NCBI GenBank assembly: GCA_016839765.1
Contig: JAEOTP010000013.1
Coordinates: 1 to 19,808, forward strand
Reading direction: 5' to 3'
DNA length: 19,808 nt
Source of the DNA: Promethearchaeota archaeon
GTDB taxonomy: Archaea > Asgardarchaeota > Lokiarchaeia > Sigyniarchaeales > SOKP01
Part shown: positions 1-7,242 of the stretch, piece by piece
How positions within the stretch are numbered: the first letter of the stretch is position 1
How the letters are laid out: the number at the start of each line of letters is the position of its first letter
The notes under the pieces: generated by a model
What the model was told of the DNA's origin: nothing
Database searches by the model: none
Seen by the model: the letters and a program-made list of their open reading frames with translations, nothing else
Position numbers and translations under genes: made by a program

Positions 1-1328
1 ATTATTCCTGCTAATAGTTGATTGCTACCCCTTAGTGTTTCTTCAGCCCATTTACGTTCTAAAGCTCCACCAATAATTTCGGAAGAGGTTTTCAGTAAAT
101 AAAAATCTTCTTTACTCCATGTGTTCATCTTCTGAATATTATCAAACCCAATAAATCCATATAATTCTCCCTTTATATGTACTGGGAATGCTAAGAATGA
201 TTTTATAGCTAAGCTCTCTAATTTCTGTCTTGTTGCTTCAGCTTCCTTAGGAAGTTGAGAAACATCTGGAATGTAGACCTGTCCATGTTCCTGACATTGG
301 TTTAAGCACCATGGATATCTCTCAACATGAATTACCATAGAATCTAAATGTTTGGGTTCAATATCTTCAAGACACCATTGTTGAGTAAAAAATTCTAGAG
401 AGTTTTCTTCATTAAATAATAATAGGTAAGCACGATTTGCCTCTATTAACCTTCCCATTTCAATTAATGATAAATTAATTGTCATATCGGTATCAACATT
501 TCCGATAAACCTAGTAGAGATTGTTGACAAAAATTGTTCAATTATTAGTTTTCTTTTTATAATCTCTTCAAAATTTTTTTGCTCGGTAATATCCATAACA
601 ATTGTTTGCAATACTTTTTTTTTTCCCAATTTAAGTATTGACATTCTAGAACGAATCCATGCATTAGTCCCATCTTTTTTTTTAACTTGTAGCTCGATTG
701 GTTCTAATAACTCCCCTGCTTGTATCTTTTTATATCTTGATTTTAAAATTGATAAATACTTTTTTGGATATACTGGTAATTCTAAATAGTTTTTACTAAT
801 TATTTCTTCTTTCTGAAATCCAAATAATTGACTTGTAGAATCATTTAAATCTAAAATTTCTCCTTTTAAATTAACTAATATAATTGCATAAGGAGAATGT
901 TGAAATAAATGCCTAAACTTTTCTTCAGATTTTTTAAGATTCTTTTCAATTTTTATACGTTTACTTATATCTTCGGTATGTACTATGACTAAATCAGGAG
1001 GTACAAAATAATATCTAACAGATAAGTATAATTCTTTACCAGTAGTTTTCATCTTATATTTTAATTCTTTTATGTATCCTTTTTTCTCTTTTAAACATCT
1101 ATCTAATTCTACTAGAAGTTCTGGTTTATTTTCATGGAAAACAGAAGCGTTTTCACCTAAAAATTTTTTAATTATACCATTAGTAGCTTTTTCTGCAGCA
1201 ATATTATAATCTATTAGTATAAAATCGTTGTCAACCTTTTGCCAAACATATGAAGGAATAGGAATGTTGTTAAAAAAAGTTTTTATATTATCTTCTGATA
1301 TTTGAAATATATTTTCTATAGATGCCAT
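1..1328 (-). CDS. PAS-PAS-GAF sensory protein, probably the N-terminal part of a sensor histidine kinase; runs off the window start
   Basis: Not in the ORF track. Manual translation from ATG at 1328 (MASIENIFQISEDNIKTFFNNIPIPSYVW...) is open to position 1. PAS/PAC hallmarks: 'HTEDISKRIKIEKNLKKSEEKFRHLFQHSPYAIILVNLKGEILDLN' and 'KKKDGTNAWIR...VMDITEQKNFEE'. A GAF domain follows: 'ANRAYLLLF...IKSFLAFPVHIKGELYGFIGFDN...WSKEDFYLLKTSSEIIGGALERKWAEETLR'. The kinase domain is not visible in the window. Confidence 0.88.
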   Translation of the reverse strand, partial: MASIENIFQISEDNIKTFFNNIPIPSYVWQKVDNDFILIDYNIAAEKATNGIIKKFLGENASVFHENKPELLVELDRCLKEKKGYIKELKYKMKTTGKELYLSVRYYFVPPDLVIVHTEDISKRIKIEKNLKKSEEKFRHLFQHSPYAIILVNLKGEILDLNDSTSQLFGFQKEEIISKNYLELPVYPKKYLSILKSRYKKIQAGELLEPIELQVKKKDGTNAWIRSRMSILKLGKKKVLQTIVMDITEQKNFEEIIKRKLIIEQFLSTISTRFIGNVDTDMTINLSLIEMGRLIEANRAYLLLFNEENSLEFFTQQWCLEDIEPKHLDSMVIHVERYPWCLNQCQEHGQVYIPDVSQLPKEAEATRQKLESLAIKSFLAFPVHIKGELYGFIGFDNIQKMNTWSKEDFYLLKTSSEIIGGALERKWAEETLRGSNQLLAGI

Positions 1329-1471
1329 TAGATTTCTGCTCCTTAACTCTAAATAATATAATTATTTGGGAGGCTTCTAAAATATTACTTAAAATTTGTG
1401 TGCATTTATTTATTATTAGTTTTGTATATTTAAGAGTTTCTAATTAGGGTTTTTTAATTTTTGAAATTAAC

Positions 1472-1512
1472 GAGAAAATAAGGGATATGAGAAAATAAGG
1501 GATATGAGAAAA
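1472..1512. repeat. 17-bp tandem repeat GAGAAAATAAGGGATAT, about 2.4 copies
   Basis: Exact copies at 1472-1488 and 1489-1505, partial GAGAAAA at 1506-1512. Confidence 0.9.
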
Positions 1513-1523
1513 AAAAAATTTAA

Positions 1524-1811
1524 TTATATATCAAGATCTCCAAAGTTATAGTATTTTCTTACAGGTTTTTTAACATTCCATACGCACTTTAGACCTTTAG
1601 GAAATTGAACAAGATCTCCTTTTTTAAATTCAAGTTTTTCCCCTGTTGATGAATCTGTAACTTCAACTTCACCCTCTAGAATATAACAAGTCTCCGTATC
1701 GTTATATGACCAGTCAAAAACACTTTTCTCTTTTTCCCAGATACCCCAGGATTTAATATTTAAGTTATTTACTTCTTCTTCCGTAGGTTTTTTTTTTTTC
1801 ATTATTAACAC
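1524..1811 (-). CDS. Small cupin-fold protein (DUF861/EutQ-like)
   Basis: 'WGIWEKEKSVFDWSYNDTETCYILEGEVEV...FKKGDLVQFPKGLKCVWNVKKPVRKYY' is typical of DUF861 cupins. Start is GTG 1811 or ATG 1802. Confidence 0.88.
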   Translation of the reverse strand: MLIMKKKKPTEEEVNNLNIKSWGIWEKEKSVFDWSYNDTETCYILEGEVEVTDSSTGEKLEFKKGDLVQFPKGLKCVWNVKKPVRKYYNFGDLDI

Positions 1812-1980
1812 AGTTTTTTATTAGTGATGATATTTGGATGAAATTTATTTAATTAAATCTTTATAGTTTTCTCTTTACTTAAATTTAAAATTTTTAATTT
1901 CAACTATATATCTAAAAAAACCTTAATCAGAATTTTAATTTAAACTTAATTAAATCCAAAAAATAAAAAATAAAGATTTT

Positions 1981-2008
1981 TATCTAATATCTAATATCAA
2001 ATATCTAA
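1981..2008. repeat. 7-bp tandem repeat TATC(T/A)AA x4 upstream of the GTPase gene
   Basis: TATCTAA TATCTAA TATCAAA TATCTAA read directly. Confidence 0.8.
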
Positions 2009-2073
2009 CAAAATAAGTTTTAAAACTTTAAATCCTATTAAGAAGTTATAAGGAAAAAAGCTAAAAAAAAAAG

Positions 2074-2595
2074 ATGCCAAAAAAATTCATTTTAAAGATA
2101 TTGACAGCTGGAGAAGGTGGTGTAGGTAAAACGACTTTACTACACCGTTATGTAGAGGGAAGATTTTCAGCAGATACAAAAATGACGATAGGGGTTGAAT
2201 TTTTCCTTAAGGAGACAGAACTTGATGGTCAGCATTGCACATTGCAGTTATGGGATTTTGGTGGCCAAGAGCGTTTTCGATTTTTGTTAGAGAGCTATGT
2301 GTTAGGAGCAAAAGGAGCCCTTCTCATGTTTGATCTAACACGCCCCATAACATTAGAGAATTTGGAACAATGGGTCAATATCTGCCGAAAGAATAATCCA
2401 AATCTCCCTATCTTATTTTTAGGCACGAAAAATGATTTACTTGATGATGTAATGGTAGATGACGATTATGCAATAACTTTTCAGGAGGAATTTAACTTAT
2501 TTGATTACCTAAGAGTTTCAAGCAAATCTGGAGAAAATGTACAAGAAGCATTTAATTTATTAACAAGAAGGATTTTAGAAAGACAAACTTTTTGA
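2074..2595 (+). CDS. Rab-like small GTPase (Ras superfamily, Asgard type)
   Basis: G1 GEGGVGKT, switch I TIGVEF (RabF1-like), G3 LQLWDFGGQERF, G4 TKND, G5 SSK. No C-terminal Cys prenylation motif. Confidence 0.93.
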   Translation: MPKKFILKILTAGEGGVGKTTLLHRYVEGRFSADTKMTIGVEFFLKETELDGQHCTLQLWDFGGQERFRFLLESYVLGAKGALLMFDLTRPITLENLEQWVNICRKNNPNLPILFLGTKNDLLDDVMVDDDYAITFQEEFNLFDYLRVSSKSGENVQEAFNLLTRRILERQTF

Positions 2596-2619
2596 TATTA
2601 ATTCATAATAGATATTATA

Positions 2620-3051
2620 ATGTTTGAAAATGTAGTTGTAATTGATTCTAATTTCATTTTACTTCCCTTTCAATTTAAAGTAGATTATTTAAATGATATA
2701 TACTTAAAACTTGAGGGAAAAACATATTTTATTATATTCAAACAAATATTAAACGAATTAGAAGCGAAGAAAAACAGAGAATCGCAAGCTATAAAATTTC
2801 AAATGGAATTTAAATCAGGGTTATTATATTTAGATTCAAATAAAGATAAATTTAATATTTTATTTGATGGAAGTGTTAAGCAGAATTACGAAACAACCGA
2901 TGAATTTTTAATAACGCAATGTAATAGTTTAAAAAAGAGAAGTAAGCATGTCTTTTTGGCTACAAATGATTCTAATTTGCGTAAAGAAGCAAAAAGATTT
3001 GGAATTAGTACAATTTTCCTAAGACAAAAAACTTATTTATCATTCGATTAA
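2620..3051 (+). CDS. PIN-domain ribonuclease, archaeal Fcf1/Utp24-like (COG1412-type)
   Basis: N-terminal 'VVIDSNFILLPFQFKVD', 'ILNELE', 'TTDEFLI' and 'LATNDSNLRKEAK..GISTIFLRQK' carry the acidic PIN catalytic residues. Confidence 0.85.
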   Translation: MFENVVVIDSNFILLPFQFKVDYLNDIYLKLEGKTYFIIFKQILNELEAKKNRESQAIKFQMEFKSGLLYLDSNKDKFNILFDGSVKQNYETTDEFLITQCNSLKKRSKHVFLATNDSNLRKEAKRFGISTIFLRQKTYLSFD

Positions 3052-3077
3052 ATAAAAAATTATTTCCTTATTAAAAT

Positions 3078-4277
3078 TTATATTCGATTTCCAACGATCT
3101 TTCTTATATCTTCTTTTGTTAACAACACGGAATTGTTTTTTAATCCTGCACTGTTCACAATTTTTTCGATATCATCCTCTTCTATACCATGCTTTCCTAA
3201 TAGATCAATTTTTAAGTCACTCGTCCACCTTTCTAAAGTTTCAATCAATAGTGAACAGTAATAATCTATTTTAGTAGTATCAAAAGATTTATTTATATCA
3301 AACAATGCTCCAACATAAGCATATTTTTGTAATGCCAACTTCCCAGAGGTTCCTAATTCTTTTAATTTCTCTATATTCATTTTTGTACTTTCAGCTAAAA
3401 GAGTTCCACACACCACACCATGAGGTATTTCAAAAAAACCGCCAATTGGTGAAGCTAAACCGTGAATTATTCCTAATCCCGCATTTGCTAAGCATATGCC
3501 TGAAATTAAAGATCCATAAGCCATTGATGATCTAACACTCACATCAGAGGACCCTGTTGTGCAAGCAGGGATAATCGCATCTTTCATATACTTCATACCA
3601 CCATAAGCCAAGGAGTCTGTCATAGGATTTGATTTATTCGAAGTATAAGCTTCTAAAAGTTGGGTGAAAGCATCCATCCCACAAGCAGCTGTAACTGATG
3701 GAGGGCATGAAATTATAAGCTCTGGATCAATAATAGCATAATTAGGAATTAAATTATCATGCCTTAATGACTTTTTAAACCCTCCAGATCCAATTTCACT
3801 TATGACGGCATTTTTAGTTGCCTCACTTCCGGTTCCTGATGTTGTGGGAATGGCTATATAAGGGATTTTGTATCCATCATGTTTTTTAGTTCCCACTCCT
3901 TCAAGATAATTTTTAATTGAGTCTTTTTTAAGCATCATTGCAGAGATTGCTTTCCCGGCATCCGTTACACTACCTCCCCCTATTCCAACAACTAAATCAG
4001 GTTTTTTATCCCTATATTGATTTACTATAGTATCCACTAGAGTAGGTGAGGGTTCTCCTGAAACCGAAACATAATAATAATTTATTGAGTTAATTTCTAA
4101 ATTTTTTATTATCTCACTCCATTTTCCTGATTTTTTTAAAGATTTTTCACCAATTATAAAAAGTACAATCTTTCCAAATCTAGTAATAATATCAAAGAGT
4201 TGAGTTATTGCTCCAGGACTGAAAATAATATGAGGAATACTAGCAAAATTAAAAGAAGGAATCATAACTTTTATCAT
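3078..4277 (-). CDS. Iron-containing (type III) alcohol dehydrogenase
   Basis: GIGGGSVTDAGK, IPTTSGTGSEAT, metal-site motifs DAFTQLLE / GIIHGLA / PHGVVCG. Confidence 0.93.
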   Translation of the reverse strand: MIKVMIPSFNFASIPHIIFSPGAITQLFDIITRFGKIVLFIIGEKSLKKSGKWSEIIKNLEINSINYYYVSVSGEPSPTLVDTIVNQYRDKKPDLVVGIGGGSVTDAGKAISAMMLKKDSIKNYLEGVGTKKHDGYKIPYIAIPTTSGTGSEATKNAVISEIGSGGFKKSLRHDNLIPNYAIIDPELIISCPPSVTAACGMDAFTQLLEAYTSNKSNPMTDSLAYGGMKYMKDAIIPACTTGSSDVSVRSSMAYGSLISGICLANAGLGIIHGLASPIGGFFEIPHGVVCGTLLAESTKMNIEKLKELGTSGKLALQKYAYVGALFDINKSFDTTKIDYYCSLLIETLERWTSDLKIDLLGKHGIEEDDIEKIVNSAGLKNNSVLLTKEDIRKIVGNRI

Positions 4278-4432
4278 TCTTTACTTTATTTTAACATTTT
4301 TTATAAAAATTTATGAATAAAACATATCATCATTAAATGTAAGATTAAATCATTAATGTTTTTATAATAAGATTTTTAACTTTAATTGGATAATTTGTTT
4401 AATAATAAAGGCTATGGAATTGGTTATTCAAA

Positions 4433-4771
4433 ATGAAAAAAGTCAACGAAAATGATCTTGAATATAGAAAAGGTGAAAGTGGTGTAAAGTACCTAATGCG
4501 TGGACCAAGTATTGATTGGGGAGTAATCTTTCTTAAACCGGGTGAGATGATGGGAGATAAAGCGCATGGACATAATATTATTGATGAAACCTTCTATTTT
4601 ATGGAAGGTAATGGCGTTATGATTGTTAATGATAAAGAAATCCCTGCTCCTCAAGGTAGTGTCTTCCTTTGTGAACCAAAAGAAATGCATAATATTAGAA
4701 ATGATTCAAATAAACCCGTAAAGATTGTATTTATTAAAGGAGAGTATAAACCGGATGATAAAATTGAATAG
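4433..4771 (+). CDS. Cupin-2 domain protein
   Basis: Metal motifs 'HGHNIIDETFYFMEG' and 'PKEMHNIRN'. Confidence 0.88.
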   Translation: MKKVNENDLEYRKGESGVKYLMRGPSIDWGVIFLKPGEMMGDKAHGHNIIDETFYFMEGNGVMIVNDKEIPAPQGSVFLCEPKEMHNIRNDSNKPVKIVFIKGEYKPDDKIE

Positions 4772-4809
4772 CAAATTAGAAAAATAATAAGAATTTTGAG
4801 TTAATAAGT

Positions 4810-5199
4810 ATGGCAAAAAAGAAAGGTAAAAAAAGTAAGAAAGGAAAAGGACGTGGAGGGAGCAGTCTACCTCCCGTTATCACGCGTGTAAAATTTCCTA
4901 ATAAAGGATTAGGAGAAATGTTTGGAAGAGTAGTCGAAATCTATGGTAATGATCGTATGGGTATATTTTGCGAAGATGGAAAGCATCGAATGGGTAGAAT
5001 TCGCGGTAAAATAAAGAAAAGAGTGTGGATACGTAGGGGTGATCTAGTTATAGTGAATCCGTGGGATTGGGAGACAGAAACTAGTAATGAGCCTGGTAAG
5101 TGTGAAATAACATGGAGATACACAAATGCTGAGATAGGTTGGTTAGAACGTAAGAATAGGATACCTGAAATATTGGATATTAATAATATCCCCTTATAG
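4810..5199 (+). CDS. eif1a: Translation initiation factor aIF-1A
   Basis: OB-fold signature 'GEMFGRVVEIYGNDRMGIFCEDGKHRMGRIRGKIKKRVWIRRGDLVIVNPWDW...ITWRYT..EIGWL'. Confidence 0.95.
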   Translation: MAKKKGKKSKKGKGRGGSSLPPVITRVKFPNKGLGEMFGRVVEIYGNDRMGIFCEDGKHRMGRIRGKIKKRVWIRRGDLVIVNPWDWETETSNEPGKCEITWRYTNAEIGWLERKNRIPEILDINNIPL

Positions 5200-5296
5200 A
5201 TCATATAATATTTTTACCTCAAATGTTTCTGATTCATACGATTTATTATATTTCTTATTAAAAAGCAAAATTTTAAAATTTAGGAATACCTAAAGA

Positions 5297-5327
5297 TCTT
5301 AGACTTTTTTTTCTAAGACTTTTATAA
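5297..5327 (+). promoter_or_regulatory. Putative spt5 promoter: inverted repeat TCTTAGA-N8-TCTAAGA abutting TATA-like TTTTATAA
   Basis: Dyad arms at 5297-5303 and 5312-5318. TTTTATAA at 5320-5327, about 50 nt upstream of ATG 5374, with GTGAT ribosome-binding site before the start. Confidence 0.4.
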
Positions 5328-5373
5328 TAAATTATAATGTAGGAGAATTCAAATAAGGATTAAGTGATAAAAA

Positions 5374-6135
5374 ATGGTTGATCAAGAAAATAACGTCAAT
5401 GAAAGTGAAGAAAAAGAACTGAAAATTGATGAACCAAGTATTTCAAGTGATCTAGAGGAGAAGGAAGATTTAACTACTTTATTCGCAGTAAGAACAACGA
5501 TTAACCAAGAAAGCAATATTTTACGTCAAATTTTCTACCGGTTCAAGATACTCGAGGGTGTCCCTGATATAAGAGCTATGTTGGTTTCACCTCTACTTCC
5601 TGGCTACGTCTTTTTTGAGGCTCCTCAAAAGAGGGATGTACAGGTAGCAGTTCAGGGAATTCCTCATATTAAAGGAAGAATCGTACAAAACATCAAATTA
5701 AAAGAATTAAAACATGTTTTACTCCCAAGAAGTGTTACAGAATACTTAGAAGAAGGAGATACTGTAGAAATTATTAGTGGAGTTTTTGAAGGTGCCCGAG
5801 CTATAGTAATGCGAATGCCTCATGATACGTCAAGTAGCGAAGAGGTTGTAGTAAGATTATTACAAGAAGAGACTCCGATTACAATAAAGATTCATGGAGA
5901 TTATTTAAAATTAGTCGAAAAGAAAACACCAGAAAAGAAAGAAATACCAAAAGTGAGAATAAGTCAAGCAGAAATTAGCACTGATTTAGAAAAGGCAATT
6001 AGTTTTGATGATGAACTGGAAGAAGTTGAAGAAGAATATTCAGAGCAGTATAGCGAGGAAAAAGTTGAAGAATATACTGATGATGAAGAAGAATATGACG
6101 AAGACGATGAATGGGCTAAATTTGACGGATTTTGA
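5374..6135 (+). CDS. spt5: Transcription elongation factor Spt5 (NusG family) with acidic N- and C-terminal extensions
   Basis: NGN domain 'LFAVRTTINQE...LLPGYVFFEAP...VQGIPHIKG'. KOW domain 'LEEGDTVEIISGVFEGARAIV...EEVVVRLL...PITIKIHGDYLKLV'. Confidence 0.9.
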   Translation: MVDQENNVNESEEKELKIDEPSISSDLEEKEDLTTLFAVRTTINQESNILRQIFYRFKILEGVPDIRAMLVSPLLPGYVFFEAPQKRDVQVAVQGIPHIKGRIVQNIKLKELKHVLLPRSVTEYLEEGDTVEIISGVFEGARAIVMRMPHDTSSSEEVVVRLLQEETPITIKIHGDYLKLVEKKTPEKKEIPKVRISQAEISTDLEKAISFDDELEEVEEEYSEQYSEEKVEEYTDDEEEYDEDDEWAKFDGF

Positions 6136-6403
6136 TTTTATTTTTCTAATTTTAACATAATATATTCTAATTTTTACACGAATTAATTGATTTCTTAGTA
6201 GAGATTAACTTTTCATAATATCTGAGTGTGTTTTGTGTTAATTCTCCTTAAAATCATATTAATTGAAAATAATTTTTAGAAAGGATACTAAAAGTTAGTT
6301 GCCACCGTAAAAATATTATGATATGTAAAAGAGTTTTTATAGAAAAACTTTCATAAAAGAAATATAGAGGTAATTTTTAAGAATAATTAAATTTTAGATT
6401 GGT

Positions 6404-7150
6404 ATGATTAAAAACATCTTCATAATGAAATCAACAGGAGAATTAATTTTCTACAAGACATATGAAGATATTTTTAACATCAAATTAACAAGTAGTTTTT
6501 TGAGTGCAATTTTTAGTTTTGTAAAGCAAACTCTTCGAACAAAAGAATTATCCGAAATAGAGGTTGGACCTTTTAGATTTATATTTGAAATTGAGAAAGC
6601 AAATTCCAGCGAATTAATGTTTGCCTTGTTTAGTGATCGTACAGATAATTTAGTCGAACTAAGAAATCAGCTAAAAGAAATAAAAAGTCAATTTTTGGAT
6701 AAATTTGATTTAAATCTCCTTACAGATAATTTTGATGGAGAAGTATCAAAGTATCTAGAATTTGAGGATAATATACACGAGATCATGGAGAGAAGTAAAA
6801 AACTGATATCTAAAGAAATTCAAAAAGACCTGATAGAGGTATTTCAAGAATTGCATACTTTTTCTTCATTTGTTATTTCTTCAGCATTGTTAACTCAAAC
6901 AGGCAGAATAATTGTTTCCTATTTAGATACAAATGTCTTATCAGAAATAATTAGGCTTTTAGAAAGTCGATTTATTATAGGCAATTCAAGAATACATGAG
7001 TTAATATCCCTTGAGGATTATGGAATATTATCGTTAGTTGGAATAGATAATTTTATCTCAATTATCCAATTTAAAAAAAATTGCCCATTTGAATCTGCAA
7101 TGATAATTTCAAAAAAATTTTCTACAAGATTAAAGAAGCTAATTATTTAG
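6404..7150 (+). CDS. Longin-like N-terminal domain fused to a roadblock/profilin-like C-terminal domain (Asgard eukaryotic-signature-type protein)
   Basis: 'MIKNIFIMKSTGELIFYKTY...LTSSFLSAIFSFVKQT...LSEIEVGPFRFIF...LMFALFSD...LKEIKSQFLDKF...FDGEVSKYLEF' fits the longin pattern. 'LIEVFQEL...VISSALLTQTGRIIVSYL' fits a roadblock/profilin start. Fold assignment is by pattern only. Confidence 0.65.
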   Translation: MIKNIFIMKSTGELIFYKTYEDIFNIKLTSSFLSAIFSFVKQTLRTKELSEIEVGPFRFIFEIEKANSSELMFALFSDRTDNLVELRNQLKEIKSQFLDKFDLNLLTDNFDGEVSKYLEFEDNIHEIMERSKKLISKEIQKDLIEVFQELHTFSSFVISSALLTQTGRIIVSYLDTNVLSEIIRLLESRFIIGNSRIHELISLEDYGILSLVGIDNFISIIQFKKNCPFESAMIISKKFSTRLKKLII

Positions 7151-7242
7151 AAAATAAAATTTTAAAAAAATTAAAAAGCCAAATCATATTTTTTTAAGCA
7201 CAATCCTATAAAATAGCAAAAAATTTAAAGAGGAGTTAAAGG

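Noticed and set aside
1472-1512. Possible CRISPR mini-array or IS end
   Set aside because: The repeats are directly abutting with no spacers, and no cas or transposase gene is present in the window.
2593-2601. TGA stops of the GTPase (and of spt5 at 6133-6135) as possible selenocysteine codons
   Set aside because: Both proteins are complete at the TGA, the read-through sequence is short AT-rich intergenic DNA, and no SECIS is seen nearby.
2620-3051. PIN gene as the VapC toxin of a toxin-antitoxin pair
   Set aside because: The sequence fits the conserved Fcf1-like archaeal PIN family, and no small antitoxin gene is adjacent.
3305-3535. 76-aa plus-strand ORF
   Set aside because: Antisense shadow inside the Fe-ADH gene, with no motifs.
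4493-5204. Minus-strand ORFs 4493-4690 and 4941-5204
   Set aside because: Antisense shadows of the cupin and aIF1A genes.
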